NCBI RefSeq assembly: GCF_009914755.1
Contig: NC_060947.1
Direction: 5' to 3' (one strand)
Source: the human T2T-CHM13v2.0 reference genome, Homo sapiens
Length of the DNA: 64,000 bases
Below are positions 29,851 through 44,338 of this stretch, piece by piece. The notes under the pieces were generated by a model. It made no database searches. It saw only the letters and a program-made list of their open reading frames with translations, and was not told the origin of the DNA. Numbering within the stretch: position 1 is the stretch's first letter; every line of letters begins with the position of its first letter. Position numbers and translations under genes: made by a program.

Positions 29851-31289
29851 ACAGTCATACTTGCAATTTCTCTTTTAGGATATCCCTTATAATGAAAAAC
29901 AAAAGACTAAGGTATATTTTGGGGAAGTGAATGTGTTTCTGAAGAAATTCCTTCATTCCAAGACAGGATTCTGCTTTTTTCCCAGAACTTTGAGGAAGAG
30001 TCTGAAACTTAAGGCAAGAGTCTTTGTCACCATGATGCCATGCTCAGTTAGCAGGCTATCCATGTCTGCCCAATCAGATAGAAGCCAAACAGTGAGAACA
30101 CTGACCTCCCCAGAAAGGATGTGGAAGAGCATCCAAAGTGAGAGAACAGTATTGGAGACACATAGCAAAAGAATATTACATATAAATACCATCAATTGTA
30201 GCAATCCCTTACATATGGGAGGAGCCCTATCCTGAGGTTCTAATTTAAGAAGCCTGACTTACAGGCCCATTACATTGACCCAAACTATGGTTAGTAGAGT
30301 TAAAGTTGTTATAAAGCCCTATCTTTCAAGTCAATATACAACTGGAAGGTGAACTGTGAAGCCATCATGTGAGCCATCCTGAGAATTGTGTCCTATCTTG
30401 TGAGAAGAAATTCTAGATCTGTAGGGAGCTGGGGACTGGCCTGATGACAATTCAGTAAAGATTCTCACGTGAGGTCACAGGGGCCTCTAATTAAGAATGG
30501 ATTAGAGAACCAGAACCACGTAGAGTTGCTGAGATTTAAAATATTAGGAGGGACAGTCAAAGAAAGATACTGGTATTGATGTTGGGCCTGCACTTTTAAA
30601 GGCTGAATGGCTTTAGCAGTCATAAAATCAATAGTGACTGGTGATACGTTTACTTTTGCCTCATATCCCTTCAAAATCAGAACCTAATGAAGTTATAGAA
30701 TTAATATTCCCATCACTTTTCTTTGTAAGCAACATCACATTATTCAGACACATCACTTAGAAATTGTAATTCAATGAGTAAAGTTTCAGGAGTGAATTTG
30801 GTGTCAATTCACATCAACTTTCTACTGTGAGAACTTTCTATTTTACAGTCTCTCCCATCTGGAAAAACCTTCTTGTCTTTCTACCTCAGTGCTTCCCATT
30901 TTAAAATTAATCTTTTGCTCTCTGTCTGTACTTTGTAATTTCTCTTGTCCTATATTCTATTTACCATTTTAAAGCTGTGTGGTTTGATGGCGTCTATTTG
31001 AAAGGTGTTAAAAAAAGTTTTATGGCTAAAGCAGCACATTCTTCATAACAAAGCAACCCATGCTGGCTACCCAACAAATTGTAGAACATTCTCAGTGCTT
31101 TGTTCGGGACTCCTAGGAATGTGATCCTAAGGATTTGGCAGGGCCCTTACCCTAAGAGGAGACAGAGCCCTGAGAAAGAAGAGGCAAACAAAACTTCATG
31201 GGTATGGGATATGCACCTGTAGATGTATAAAGATGCTGCCGTTTATTCAGGAGGATTCCAAGGTACTAAATAGACGGGGTGCACTAGCA

Positions 31290-31432
31290 CAGTGCCTCTC
31301 AAATTTTAATGTGCACAAGAATCACCTGGGGATCTTGTCAAATGCAGATTTTGATTCAGCAGGTATAAGGTGATTCTACATTTCCAACAAGCTCCCAGGT
31401 GATGCTGATAGAACCACACTTTCAGTAGCAAA
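31290..31432. mobile_element. MER5-family hAT MITE
   Basis: ctcaaattttaatgtgcacaagaatcacctggggatcttg...caacaagctcccaggtgatgctgat...ccacactttcagtagca. Confidence 0.8.
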
Positions 31433-33230
31433 GTCTTTGTAAATACAATGGCTAGTGAAGGCTATTTTAAATGATGTATTTGTTTGCATACTCTTTGTTC
31501 CAAGAAAAAAAAACTTGTTGCCATTTATAAAGTTACGGAAAAGAAAACAAGATAAAAAATTAAATAAAGGAAGAAATTGAGGTTAAGTGACAAAAATAGG
31601 AAAGGAAAACAGCATAAGGCTGGGAAAGTCAGTTGACATGTAAATTATTGTGCCCTGAACAATTGTGGTAGGAGGAAAAGTGTTTCTCTCTATGCTTTCA
31701 AAAATTTATTTATTTTAAATTTGCAGAAAAAAATTGTATTTATCATATACAATATGATGTTTTGAAGTATATATGCATTCTGGAAGGATTAAATCTAGCT
31801 TATTAGCATGTACATTACCTCACTTTACATCCACTCTCTTGGCATTCTTCAAGAATATTGTTAACTATAGTCACCATGTTGCACAATAGATCTCTTAAAC
31901 TTATTCTATCTAACTGAAACTTTGTATCTATTGACCAACATCTCTCCGCCCCTTCCCCAAACACCCTAGCCCCTGGTAACCAACATTCTATTCACTACTT
32001 CTATAAGATCAACTTTTTTAGCTTTTACATATAAGTGAGATCATGCAGTATTTGTCTTTTTGTGCCTTGCTTATTTCACGTAATATGACATCCTCTAGGT
32101 TCATCCATATTGCATAAATGACAAGAATTCCTTCTTTTTATGGCTGAATAGTATCCCATTTTGTTTATATACCACATTTTCCTTATTCATTCATTTGTTG
32201 ATGGACACAGATTGATTCCACATCTTGGCTATTGTGAATAATGTTGCAATAAACATAGGAATGCAGTTATCTCTTCAACCTACAGATTTTTCTTACTTTG
32301 GCTATATACCCAGTAGTGGGATTGCTGGATCATATGATGTTTTATTTTTAATTTTCTGAGGAATCTCTGTAATGTTTTCCGTAATGGCTGTATTAACTTA
32401 TATTCCCACCAGCAGTGTGAGAGGGTTCCGTTTTCTCCACATTCTCACCAACACTTGTTATCTTTTGCCTTTTTGATAATAGCTATCCTAATGGGCATGA
32501 GATGACATCTCATTGTAGTTTTAATTTGCATTTCCCTGATGATTACTAATGTTGAGCATGTTTTTCCATATACCTGTTGATCATTTGTATGTCTTTTAAG
32601 AAATGCCTATGGAAGTTCTTTGCTCATTTTTTAGTCAGGTTATTTGTTTTCTTCCTATTGAGTTGTTTGAGTTCCTTATATATTTTGGATATTAACTCCT
32701 TATCAGGGGAATAGTTGGCAAATATTTTCTCCCATTTTATAGGTTGTCTCTTCATTCTGTTATTTCCTTTGCTATGTAGAAGTTGTTTAGATTAATACAG
32801 TCCCATTTGTCTATTTTCGTGTTTTTTTTTTTTTTTGCCTGTACTTTTGAAGTCTTAGCCATAAAATCTTTGCCTAAACCCATGTCCTGAAGCATTTCCC
32901 CTATGTTTTCTTATAGTAGTTTTATAATTTGGAGGCTTACATTTAGATCTTTAATCCATTTTGAGTTTACTTTTGTATATGGTGAGACATAGGGGCCTAG
33001 TTTCATTATTCTGCAAATAGATACACAGTTTTCTCAGCACCATTTATTAAAGAGGATGCCTTTTCCCCAATGTATGTTCTTGCTACCTTTATTGAAAATT
33101 AGTTGGCTGTAAATACATGGATTTATTTTGGGGTACTCCATTCTGTTCCATTGGTCTGTGTATCTGTTTTTATACCAATAGCATGATGTTTTGGTTACTA
33201 TAGCTGTGTAGTATATTTTGGAGTTAAAAA

Positions 33231-33356
33231 TTTTTTTTTATAGAGACAGGAGTCTCAGTATTGCCCAGGCTGGTCTCAAACACCTGGGCTCAAGCAATCC
33301 TCCCACCTCCGCCTCCCAAAGTGCTGGATTACAGGCGTGAGCCACCACAATCAGCC
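33231..33356 (-). mobile_element. Alu left monomer (FLAM/AluJ-like)
   Basis: tagagacagg...gggctcaagcaatcctcccacctccgcctcccaaagtgctggattacaggcgtgagcc. Confidence 0.85.
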
Positions 33357-33619
33357 TTTATAGTACCTTTTGAAGTCAGATAATGTGATATTTCCAGCTT
33401 TTTTCATTTTGCTCAGGATTGCTTTGGCTATTTTTGGGGGTCTTTTGTAGATTAGTTTTCCTGTTTCTGTGAAAAATGACATTGTTATTTTGATACAGAT
33501 TTACTGAATCTGTAGATTGCTTTGCACAGTATGGTCATTAACAATATTAATTCTTCTGATCTATGAGCATGAGATGTCTTTCCATTTGCTTATATTCTCT
33601 TCAATTTCTTTCATTCGTG

Positions 33620-33911
<292 letters not shown>

Positions 33912-34454
33912 TTATGAGTGTTTTATAGTTTCCACTGTGGAGATTTTTCACCTCCTTGGTTAGATTTACTCCTAGGTACTTTATTTTGTTTGTAGCTATT
34001 TTAAATGAGATTGCTTTCTTGTTATTTATTTCTAGTTTTATTTCATTGTGGTCTGAGAAGATAAGAAGATATTTGATATGATTTTGATTTTTAAAAATTT
34101 GTTGAGATTTATTTTGTGTACCAACATATGGTCTATCCTGGAGAATGTTCCATATGCTGAGGAGAAGAATGTGTATTCTGTAGCTATGAAATGTTCTGTA
34201 AACGTCTATTAGGTCCATTTGGTCTTTTTCTCTTTTTATACTTTTTGACTTAAAGTCTATTTTATCTGATACAAATATAGCTACTCCTTCATGCTTTTGT
34301 TTTTTGTTAGTGTGGAATATTTTTCTTTCCATGCCTGCACTTTCAGTTTATGTATGTCTTTAAGGTGAATTGATTTTCTTAAGGCAGCATACAGTTGGGT
34401 CTTGTATTTTTTTTATTCATTCAACCAGTCTACATCTTGTAACTGGGGAATTTT

Positions 34455-34525
34455 TGCAAAAGGAATTGCTGTTTTTGTCATTAAAAGTAATGGCAAAAAC
34501 TGAAATTACTTTTGCACCAACCTAA
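34455..34525. mobile_element. MADE1 (Hsmar1-derived MITE), left terminus eroded
   Basis: tgcaaaaggaattgctgtttttgtcattaaaagtaatggcaaaaactgaaattacttttgcaccaacctaa|ta, a palindromic element. Confidence 0.92.
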
Positions 34526-35457
34526 TAGTTACATTCAAGGTTGTTATTGTTAGGTGAGAACTTGCTTCCATCATTTTTTATTGTTTTCTGATTATTTTGT
34601 ATATCATTTTTTCCTTTCTTCCTCTTTTATTGTTTACCTTCATGATTTGGTGGGATGTTTTAGTAATACTCTTTGACTCTTTTCTCTTTATCGTTTGCAT
34701 ATCTGCTCTAACCAGTAAGTTTTACACTGTCCTCTGGTTTTATGATTGTTTATATTATCCTTTTGCATCCAGATGTAAGGCTCCCTTAAGCATGTCTTTT
34801 GGGGCCAGTCTAGTGGTGATGAATTCCCTAAGTTTTTCCTTCTCTGTGAAAGACTTTATTTCTTTTTCTGTTTGAAGTCTTTGACTTTTGACAATTTAAC
34901 TGTAATGTACCTTGGTGAAGACCTTTTTGGTTTGAATCTATTTGCAGATCTTTGAGCTTCCTGTATCAAGATGTCTATATCTCTTACAAGACTTGGGAAG
35001 TTTTCAGCTATTGTTTTGTTAAATATTCTACTCCCTTGCCCATCTCTTCTCCTTCTGGAACTCCCAACATTCAAATATGTGGTTGCTTTATGGTATCCCA
35101 TGTGTCTTGTAGGGTTTATTTATTCTTTTTTATTCCTTTTTCCTGTTTTTCTTTATCTGACTGAGATATTTTACAAGACCTTTCTTGAAGTTCAGAAATT
35201 CTTTCTTCTGATTGACCTAGTTTATTGATTGGAGCTCTTGATTGTTTTCTTATATTTCACTGAGATATTTTTAATATCATTATTTTTTATTGTTTTTCAG
35301 GCATTTCATAGATTTCCCTTTCTTTGCGATCTGTTACTGGAGAATTACTGTGTTTCTCTGAGGGTGTCATGTTTACTTGCTTTTTCCATGTTTCTTGTAT
35401 CCTTATGTTGATATCTGCACAACTAGTGTAACAGTCACTTCTTTCCATTTTATAGGG

Positions 35458-35874
35458 AGATATGGTTTAAATCTGTGTCCCTACCAAATCTCATGTTGAA
35501 TTGTAATCCCCAATGTTGGAGGTGGGGCCTGGTGGGAAGTGATTGGATCATGCGGGTGGAATTCTTATGAATTCTTTAGTACCATCCTCTTGGTACTGTT
35601 CTCACAATACCGAGTGAGTTCTCGTGAGTCCTGGTCATTTAAAGTGTGTGGCACCTCCCCTCCCCTCTCTCTCTTACTCCTGCTTTTGCCATATGACGTG
35701 TAATCTCCCCTCTTTGCCTTTTGCCATGATTGGAAGCTTCCTGAGGCCTCCCCAGAAGCAGAAGACGCTATTTCTGTAAAGCCTGCAGAACTGTGAGCCG
35801 ATTAAACTTCTTTTCTTTATAAATTACCCAGTCCCAGGTATTTCTTTATAGAGATGCAAGAATAAACTGACACA
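35458..35874 (+). mobile_element. MSTA-like solo LTR inside L1
   Basis: gatatggtttaaatctgtgtccctaccaaatctcatgttgaattgtaatccccaatgttggaggtggggcc...aactgacaca; TSD taggg/tagag. Confidence 0.9.
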
Positions 35875-36049
35875 TAGAGAAATACATTTTCCTACAGATG
35901 TATTGAGAGTGTGGGTTAGGTAAAGGACCTCGTCTTTGATTTTGGGTGGATACAGTAGTCTAGTTTCCATATGATTTCTTCAGCTGTAAATAGCATCAGT
36001 GGTATCTGTGAGTTCCTCAGTGGCTTAGGCTGCAGTCGTTAGTGGAGGC

Positions 36050-37000
36050 TGTGGCAAGTCTTCATTGAGGACAGGGCCACCAGGCAAGCCAGTCCTCAGG
36101 CACTGGTGGTGCCAGTGGTGGGCCACACATGCAGATCCTTAGGTCCCTAGGTAGCATATGAAGGCATTGGCAATGGCAGGCCTGGGTGGGCTAGTCCTTG
36201 AGCCTCCAGGTGGCATGCTCAGGTGGTGGTGGTGTCAGTGATGGGCTGGACAGTTGTGTTCTCGCTCTCCTGGGCAGCACACATGACATTGGCAGTGGCT
36301 ATACCAGCAATAGGCTAACTCTTGGGCTTCTTGGTGGTGCAAGTGGGCACCAGCAATGGCAGTGGCATGTTTGGTGGATTGGTCTTTGGGTCCCCAGGAG
36401 GCACATATAGGTGCCAGTGATGTGCTGGGTTGGTCCATCCTTATGCCCCTGGATGATGCACAAGTGCACAATTGGCGGCAGGCAGGGAAGTCTTATCCCC
36501 AGGTCTCCAAACAGTGCACATGGGTGATGGCAGCAGGTGGGACAGTCCCATCCTCAGGACCCTGGAAAACATGCATGGGTGCTGGAAGTGGTGGGTGGGA
36601 TGGGTACAATCTCCATCTGGGCAACGCACGTGGGTGCCAGCAGTGGCGGTAGTAGATGGAGTAGGCCAGGCTTCAGTCCTCTAGATTATGTGTGAAGGCA
36701 CTGGTGGTGGCAGCAGGCAGAGTGAGCCTATCCTTAGGCCCACTGATGGTGCATGCAGGGACCAGCTGAAGTTGGTGGGGCAGATGGATCACCAGGTCCC
36801 CAGACAGCATGTTTGGGCACTGGAGGCAGTGGCAGTGTGGGGGACAGGCCTGTCTTCATGCCCCTGGGTGGGAGACTTGTATAGGGAGCTGCCCTATACA
36901 AGTCTGGCACATGTGGGCACCAGCAGTAGCAAGGAGGGCAGGCTTGTCCTCAGGCCCCAGGATGGTATATAAGCAGGCCAGTCCCCGGACTCCTGAAGGT
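36050..37000 (-). repeat. Degenerate GC-rich tandem array in the 5' UTR of the inner L1
   Basis: Recurrent motif similar to ggcaggccagtcctcaggcccc...ggcactggtggtggcagt, spaced roughly 55-65 bp. Confidence 0.65.
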
Positions 37001-37873
37001 GCATGTAGGTGCATGGCAGCCTTGTCACTGGATGTGGCAGAGCTGCTGTCAGTGGCAGAAGCTCTGAGTAGGTGACTCTCAGGCTCTGGGGAGCACAGGC
37101 TTTGGCTCCCTTTGTCCTGGGGGAGACTCTTTGGTGCACTGCACCTCTTGTTCCCTGGAGTGTAGGACACTGTGTGTACTAGAGTGCTGGGGAATTGGCC
37201 ACCCTGCTGGATCCAGCTGGCATCATGATGCTACAGGCCCCTGGGTGGATATGGGGGATGTTAACAGGGCTACAGGGATGTAGAGATGCAGGGGCACTGG
37301 ACTCCGGGGAAGGTTGTAGTTTTGTGGGGGCTGAGCTCTCAAAATGGAGCCTTGCTGCAGCTGCTTGGGTCTCAGGGGGATGGGGGGGTGGAACACAGAG
37401 AAAACTCCTTCTCTGGAACATTGCTGTCATGTGAACTCTAGGCAGCTCCCTATACGGGTCTTAGTGCCCAGAAGGCTGAGGAGCTCTCTCGTGGCTAGGA
37501 CTGCAGAAGTCTGTGGTGGGAATGTGGACCACACGGGGTCTCTCACTTATCTTTTCGCCATGCTGGGGAGTTCCTCCTGGCTCAAATCTGATCCTGGTCA
37601 GGCTGGCTACTTCACTTCACTCTCTTTTGTGCCTCAGAGGTCCTCTATCATTTCCTTGCTGAATTCCAGCGTTCTCTCTTAGAAACTCAATTAGATGTGT
37701 GATCCTCTACTTGCTGTTTTGGCCTTTCTTTGAGGAGGAGATAAGTGTGGGGTACCTCTAGTCAGCCATCTTGAAGCCTCCTCAATCCTTTGTAGTTCTG
37801 TGGTATCAACTATAATGTCTCCTTTTTAATACCTAACTTTATTTGAGCCTTCATTTTTCCTTACTCTAGCTAA

Positions 37874-38198
<325 letters not shown>

Positions 38199-41100
38199 TA
38201 AAAACACCTCTTAGTTTTGTTGATTTTTCTACTCTTTTTCTCCTCTCTATTTCATTTATTTCTGCTCTGATCTTCATTATTTCCTTTCTTCTACTAACTT
38301 TGGTCTTAATTTGTTTTTGTTGTTCTAGTTCCTTTACGTGCAACATTAGATTGTTTACTTGAGATCTTTCTTCTTTTTTGATGTAGGCATTTATTGCCAT
38401 AAACTTTCCTCTTAGTACTGCTTTTGGTGTATCCCATAAGTTTTTGTATGTTGTGTTTTTATTTTCATTTGTCTTAAAATTTTTAATTTCTTCATTGACC
38501 CATTGATTGTTCTAGAGCATTTTGTTTAATTTCTGTGAATTTGTTGAATTTTTTGACATTCCTCTTGCTATTGACTTCTACTTTTATATCACTGTGTTCA
38601 GAAAAGATACTTGGTATTATTTAAATCTTCTCGAATTTGTTAAGATTTGTTTTGTGGCCTACCATATTGATCTATGCTGGAGAACGTTCCATGTGTTGAG
38701 AAGAATGTGTATTCTGTTGCCGTTGGATGGAATGTTTTGTATATGTCTGTAAGGTCAAAAATGCATCTTGTAATTAACTGGTTATTTTAAGCTGGTAACA
38801 ACTTAACCTCTGATTACAAAAACTCCTATCTTTATATTCCACTTCCCCCTCCACATTTTGAAGTTTTTATATCACCATTTACATCTTTTTATATTGCATA
38901 TCCCTTAACAAATTATGGTAGCTATTATTATTTTAAATACTTTTGCCTTTTAACCTTCATATTAAAGATATGTTATTTACGCACCACTCTTATAGTGTTA
39001 GAGTAATCTGAATTTGTCTGTATACTTTTACCAATAAGTTGTATACTTTCAGATGTTTTTGTGTTGCTCATTAATGTCATTTTGTTTCAGCTTGAACTCC
39101 CTTTAGCATCTCTTCTAAGACAGGTATGGTGTTGATAAACTTCCTCAGCTTCTGTTTGTCTAGGACAAGGTCTATACCTCTTTTTCATTTCTGAAGGACA
39201 AATTTTCTGGATACAATATTCTTGGTTGATATTTTCTTTCCTTCAGCACTTTGAATATATAATCCCACTATCTCCTGGCCTGTAAGGTTTAAGCTGAGAA
39301 GTCTACTGCTAGCCATATTGAACTCCCATATATATCAAATGCTTCTCTTCTCTTGCTGCTTTCAAGATCCTTTCTTTGTCTTTGATTTTTGGCGATATGA
39401 TTATGTCTTGATGTAGTCTTATTAGGATTGAATATGGTTGAAGATCTCTGACCTTCTTGAACCTAGATATTTGCATCTTTTTCTAGGTTTGCAAAACTTT
39501 CTTCTACTACTTCTTTAAATAAGCTTCCTACCCCTTTATCTTTCTTGTATCCTGCTTAAATTTTTATCACTCAAAACTTGCTCTTCTGATGCTCTTTCAT
39601 AAATCCTGTAAACTTTCTTAATTCCTTTTCAGTTGTTTTGATCTCCTCTGACTGTATATTTTCAAATAACTTGTAATGAGTTCATGAAATCTTTCTTCTG
39701 TTCGATCAGTTCTACTGTTGATGCTCTCTGTTGAATTTTTCATTTTTTATTGTAGTTTTCAGCTCCAGAATTTGTTTTATTATTATTATTTCAATACCTA
39801 TTAAATTTTCCTTTCTCATCACTTATTTTTTTTCTCATTTTGTTGGATTGCTTCTCTACATTTTCTTGAGGTTCACCAAACATCTTTCAAAGAATTAGTT
39901 GCATTTCTTCATCAGGAAGTTCATATATCTCCATTTCTTTAGGGTCAGTCACTAACACTTTACTTTGTCCCTTTAGTGATAATATCCTGTTTCCTGACTG
40001 TTCTTGATCACGTGGTCATGTGTTGATATCTGTGTATTTTAAGAAGTAGGTAATTATTTCAGTCTACAAGGACTGGCTTTGCTGGGAAAGCCCTTCAATA
40101 CTCATCCCATCTAGAGATTATGGACAGGCTATCTGGCACGATCCTAAAGTCCAGATCATTGCAGGGGGAACAGCCCTGTGGCACACCAGAAGTGGCAGCT
40201 GTGGCCATTGTAGCACTGGAATGCACCAGAAGCCTGAGGTTCCTGCAGCAGCAGTTCACTATGGCAGGTCTGAAGCCCAGGACACCTGTATCTGGCATGG
40301 CACTGAGGCATATCCAAAGCCCAAGAGCACTGTAGCTAGTGCAGTGCTGGAGCACACCTGGAGCCCAGAGCCACTGAGACCTGCCTCCCACTGAAGGCTC
40401 TTCAGAGCTCAGGGCCACTGAAGTTCGCCCAGCAGTCATGTAGGCCAGAGACAGAGTTCTGCCACACAAGCTTGAAGCCTGAAGCCTGGGGCTGTGTGGT
40501 ATCAGGGCAGGTCTGAAAATAGTTTATGGGTAATGGCCTGGAGTAATGGGGCTGTGAGTGTCTGCCTAGTGCTGGGTTTTACAGTGGCTAGACCAGTGCT
40601 GGGGTCCAAGGCAAAGTCCTATGCTCACTCCCCTGTCTTCCTCCCAAGTGGAAAATAGCTCAGTGCTGTGCTTTCTGGGCTTGGGAGAGGGATAATGAGG
40701 GTAATGAAAAACTGTCCTTCCTACTCTCTAAAAAGTATTTTTTCTGTTATTATGCTACAACCAGGTACTGGGATCTCTCACCTGGTTTCTGGAGCCCTTG
40801 CAAAGCTCTTTTCATGCATGGATAGTTATTTAAATTGATGTTTCTTTGTGGGGATGATTGCTGGAAAGACCTATTCTGCCATCTTGCTCCACTCCTCCTT
40901 CTTCTCTCCGTGCTTTTCAATGACCAGAACTAAATGAAAAACTTGATTTGTTACAACTCTCACGGTGTCCTTCAGATGAAACCTACTCAGTTCTCAGCAG
41001 AAGCAAGTGGCACTGAGCCATCAGGGGCATCATTTCCTGCAGGTGACCATGCAGGAAGCACCAGGTGAAACAGTGAGCAATATCCTTCACCATGCTCTGA

Positions 41101-41726
41101 GAAGAAATAGAGTAGTAAATTCTTAGCTGTTTTTCTTTCAAATAAGGTATGCATCCATATAGAGTGATGGCATAATGCCAAAGTTTAGATTTATTGCTCT
41201 CTGAAACATTGGCTTGTTTCAAGGATAAGATTTAGTGTTGCTAGGATGGATGGACTACATATCCTTCAGTATGGATTGTTTATATTAATATATAGAAAAA
41301 TCGGATATGTGTGTAGCTCAGGAAAATTTTGTGTAACAGGATAGGTGAGAGGATATGGAATAAGATAGATCCTATTGGCACAGAGTTTTCGTTAATGCCT
41401 CAAAGCTGAGGACAAGACCTCCACAAGGAACAGCTTCTCAAGATTTGCTAAGACATAGACTAAGTGGTCTTTCAGTTAGCTATCCTATTACAATCTTCAG
41501 AATACATCCAAAAAAACTAGAAAGTCTTTAGTGTGATCATTGAAGGGAAGTTACAGAAAAGAAGAGAAATCTAGCATTTCCCCCTCCTGTGGGAAAAAAT
41601 AGGGGTTTCCTCCTGACCGTTTAAATTTGGAATCTCAAGAGAAGCACTTGGTGAGGTACTGCTTTCTACAAGAGGAGCCACAGACTCTCAAAGACATGCC
41701 TAATGCTGTTTCCAGAGTGGTTTAAG

Positions 41727-41918
41727 CAATGGTCTGCTAATAAGTGTTTAACAAGTTGCTTTCCAGAAGTTTCTGTGGGGGGATAACTTGTAGCATGTTT
41801 TAATTTCTGTGCTGTTATTATTCCCATTATGTCCAATTTCGAGCTACAAGCCTGAAGTCACTGATTTAAAATTGGGAGGATATGTGTACAATTAGCTCTC
41901 AGCTCTAGAACACCACTA
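41727..41918. mobile_element. MER63-like hAT MITE
   Basis: caatggtctgctaataagtgtttaacaa...ctagaacaccacta termini. Confidence 0.6.
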
Positions 41919-41949
41919 ATTTTAGGTAAACCCCATGTTGTTACAGTAA

Positions 41950-42455
41950 TGCACACCCCCACCCCCCACCCCCCCAATGAATCATACTTCCCTGAATCTA
42001 TGCCCTTTTCTAGACTCCTCTCACACTGACTCTGGGCTTAATTATGTGACTTGCTTTCAGACATGAGAAATCAGAAGCAAGACACAAGTAGAAGCTTAGA
42101 AAGGGTTTGTGCTTTAAAACTTCCCATCTTGAAATGTTACATCATGTGAAGAAACCTAGGATAGTCTGCTGGAAGATGAGAGATGACTTGGAGGTATGAG
42201 GCCCAGCCAACATTCAACACGAACTGCCAGACATGTGAGTGAGGTTTTGTGAGACCATCCAGCCCCAGTCAAGCCACCAGATGATGATAGCTATGTAGTC
42301 ATAGGTAAGAGCAGCAAAAGTCTATGCTTCTGGGCGCATCCCAAATTGCTAACCCACAGAATTTTGAGCAAATAAATAGTGGTTGTTTTAACTTAGTAAG
42401 TTTTAGAGTGTTTAAACCTACAAAATTTGTACACAGCAATAGATAACTGATGCCT
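41950..42455 (+). mobile_element. MLT1 (F/G/H-like) LTR
   Basis: actgactctgggcttaattatgtgacttgcttt...aacccacagaattttgagcaaataaatagtggttgtttta...cagcaatagataactga. Confidence 0.78.
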
Positions 42456-43059
42456 CACATGTGCCCCAGAAGTTTGGGATGCATGTGAGGATTAATATTA
42501 GTAAAGTAGCTCATGATGGCATACCATGGAAGGAAGGATCAGCATTGGGTCAAACCACACTGCCACCATTTGGGAAGCAAGGTTAAGTCTTTGCCATGGA
42601 AAATATTCTTGAAATAACCACACCCAAAAAGGCTATCTGCTGTGGCAAAGAGACCCCATAGGAAAAGAGGCTGTGAGCAGTCCCCTGGAAGCAAGAGATG
42701 AGGGCATATTATAAAAGAGGTCTGCCAGAAAGTTTATTGCCCACATCGGAATAAAGGTATAGTGTGATAGTTTTCACCAATGCATCTCATGACAGACTTA
42801 AGATTCAAATGCCTAACAAGAGAGAGGGTGTTCAACAGTCAAGAGAAACATGAACAATATCAACTCTAAGCTCTCTTTTATGCATTCCTTCCTTAAAGGA
42901 GCCACTAGTGGGCATAGAATAAAGCTGCTTGCTTTATTTTGTGTTGTACCAAATCCAGCCAATTCCATAAATTGATTACACTTGCATTTAAAGAATTGTG
43001 AGATACTATTGTATGCATAATGAGTGGCTTATGAACATTCAACAAAAATTAAATACTAC

Positions 43060-43310
43060 CTTATCCATTCATTTATTCATTCATTGAATAAATATGGATG
43101 GAAGGTTACTTTCTACAAGGCAAGTTGTAGGATTTAAGAATTCAGTGATGCATAATATAAAGCTCTGCTTTCATAGATCTTTCATTCTAGTGTCAGGAAC
43201 AGCTAAGTTAAGATAATAAAGCAGAGTGATTGATTGTGGGAGGACTATTTTAGATAGAGTGGCCAGGCAAGATTTCTTTTTAGAGATGACATTTATAGAG
43301 ACCTATATTG
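43060..43310 (-). mobile_element. L2 3' end
   Basis: cattcatttattcattcattgaataaatat tail; ctttcatagatctttcattctagt. Confidence 0.65.
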
Positions 43311-43339
43311 TGAGATGTTTATAATTACATTTATATGGC

Positions 43340-43530
43340 AAATTTCAGGTGACACAAGTTTTCACATATATTCTTACTTGACCCTTGCAACAGCCCCTTG
43401 AGGTGGGCAGGAGTGCAGGCCTCAGAGTTGCTTCATTTACAAATGAAGAAAATGCAGGTCTGAGTGCAACTTGCCTGGTGGAAAATGGTGAAGCTAGGAT
43501 TGGCATGCAAGCTTTCCTAGTCCACTGCTG
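43340..43530 (-). mobile_element. MIR
   Basis: acccttgcaacagccccttgaggtgggcagg...catttacaaatgaagaaaatgcaggtctgag. Confidence 0.6.
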
Positions 43531-44338
43531 TTTAAAGCCCATGAAAATGGAGAAGGTCCCCTTGGAACTTCTGTAAACTGAAGTAATGATCGTTAGAAGT
43601 TGATGATAGGACCTAATACCTAGTCCCCTAGGCCCAGACTTTAACCTGGCATTCATCTGTGATTTAGGCACCAACACACATAATCTGCCTTGGTCACTCG
43701 AGGGAAGGCTAAGACCATGCAATTACAACCAGGGGAAACACCAACTTGCCAATTAAGTGGTAGGGGAATAGGCCTGTATAATCCCTTTGAAAAATAAAGT
43801 TCCATGCTGGGACAACATTGTTTCATCTTTAGAATTTTAGATAAATCTGATTTTAACTCATTATAACAGTATGGACTCTAATTGGCCAGGAACATTACAA
43901 AAACCTTTTGTCTAAGTGAAAGCCTCCTGATGATAATGAAAGGGGTATAGAAAATCCCTCTTCTGAAATTATCCCTCAATATAACAGATCTCTGGCACTG
44001 AATGGTGCCCAGTCAATGCATGGGCAGGTTCCAACAGCTCCAGTAATGAACTTCACTTTGATGCTCTTCATTTCACACAGTTATTTGAGCACCTGGTAAA
44101 AGCAAACTTTTTATTTAGATTTTCTAAAATTGCTGATTCTATGAGGCTCTGCTATATGAATACTTCATTGTCTTAATCCAAATGCAATTACCAGGAACTG
44201 ATATCTCAGGTTCATTCTTTGACTATGCTTAGGTTTTAAAGAAAAGGGATAAATGCTAAGAAAACTAATAATTAGTCATTTAAACACACGTACACACACA
44301 CACACACACAAACATACAAATACACTCCAACAAAGTTT

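Noticed and set aside
36198-37682. Dense cluster of overlapping ORFs that could suggest a GC-rich gene
   Set aside because: Lies in a repetitive L1 5' UTR, where high GC lowers stop-codon frequency
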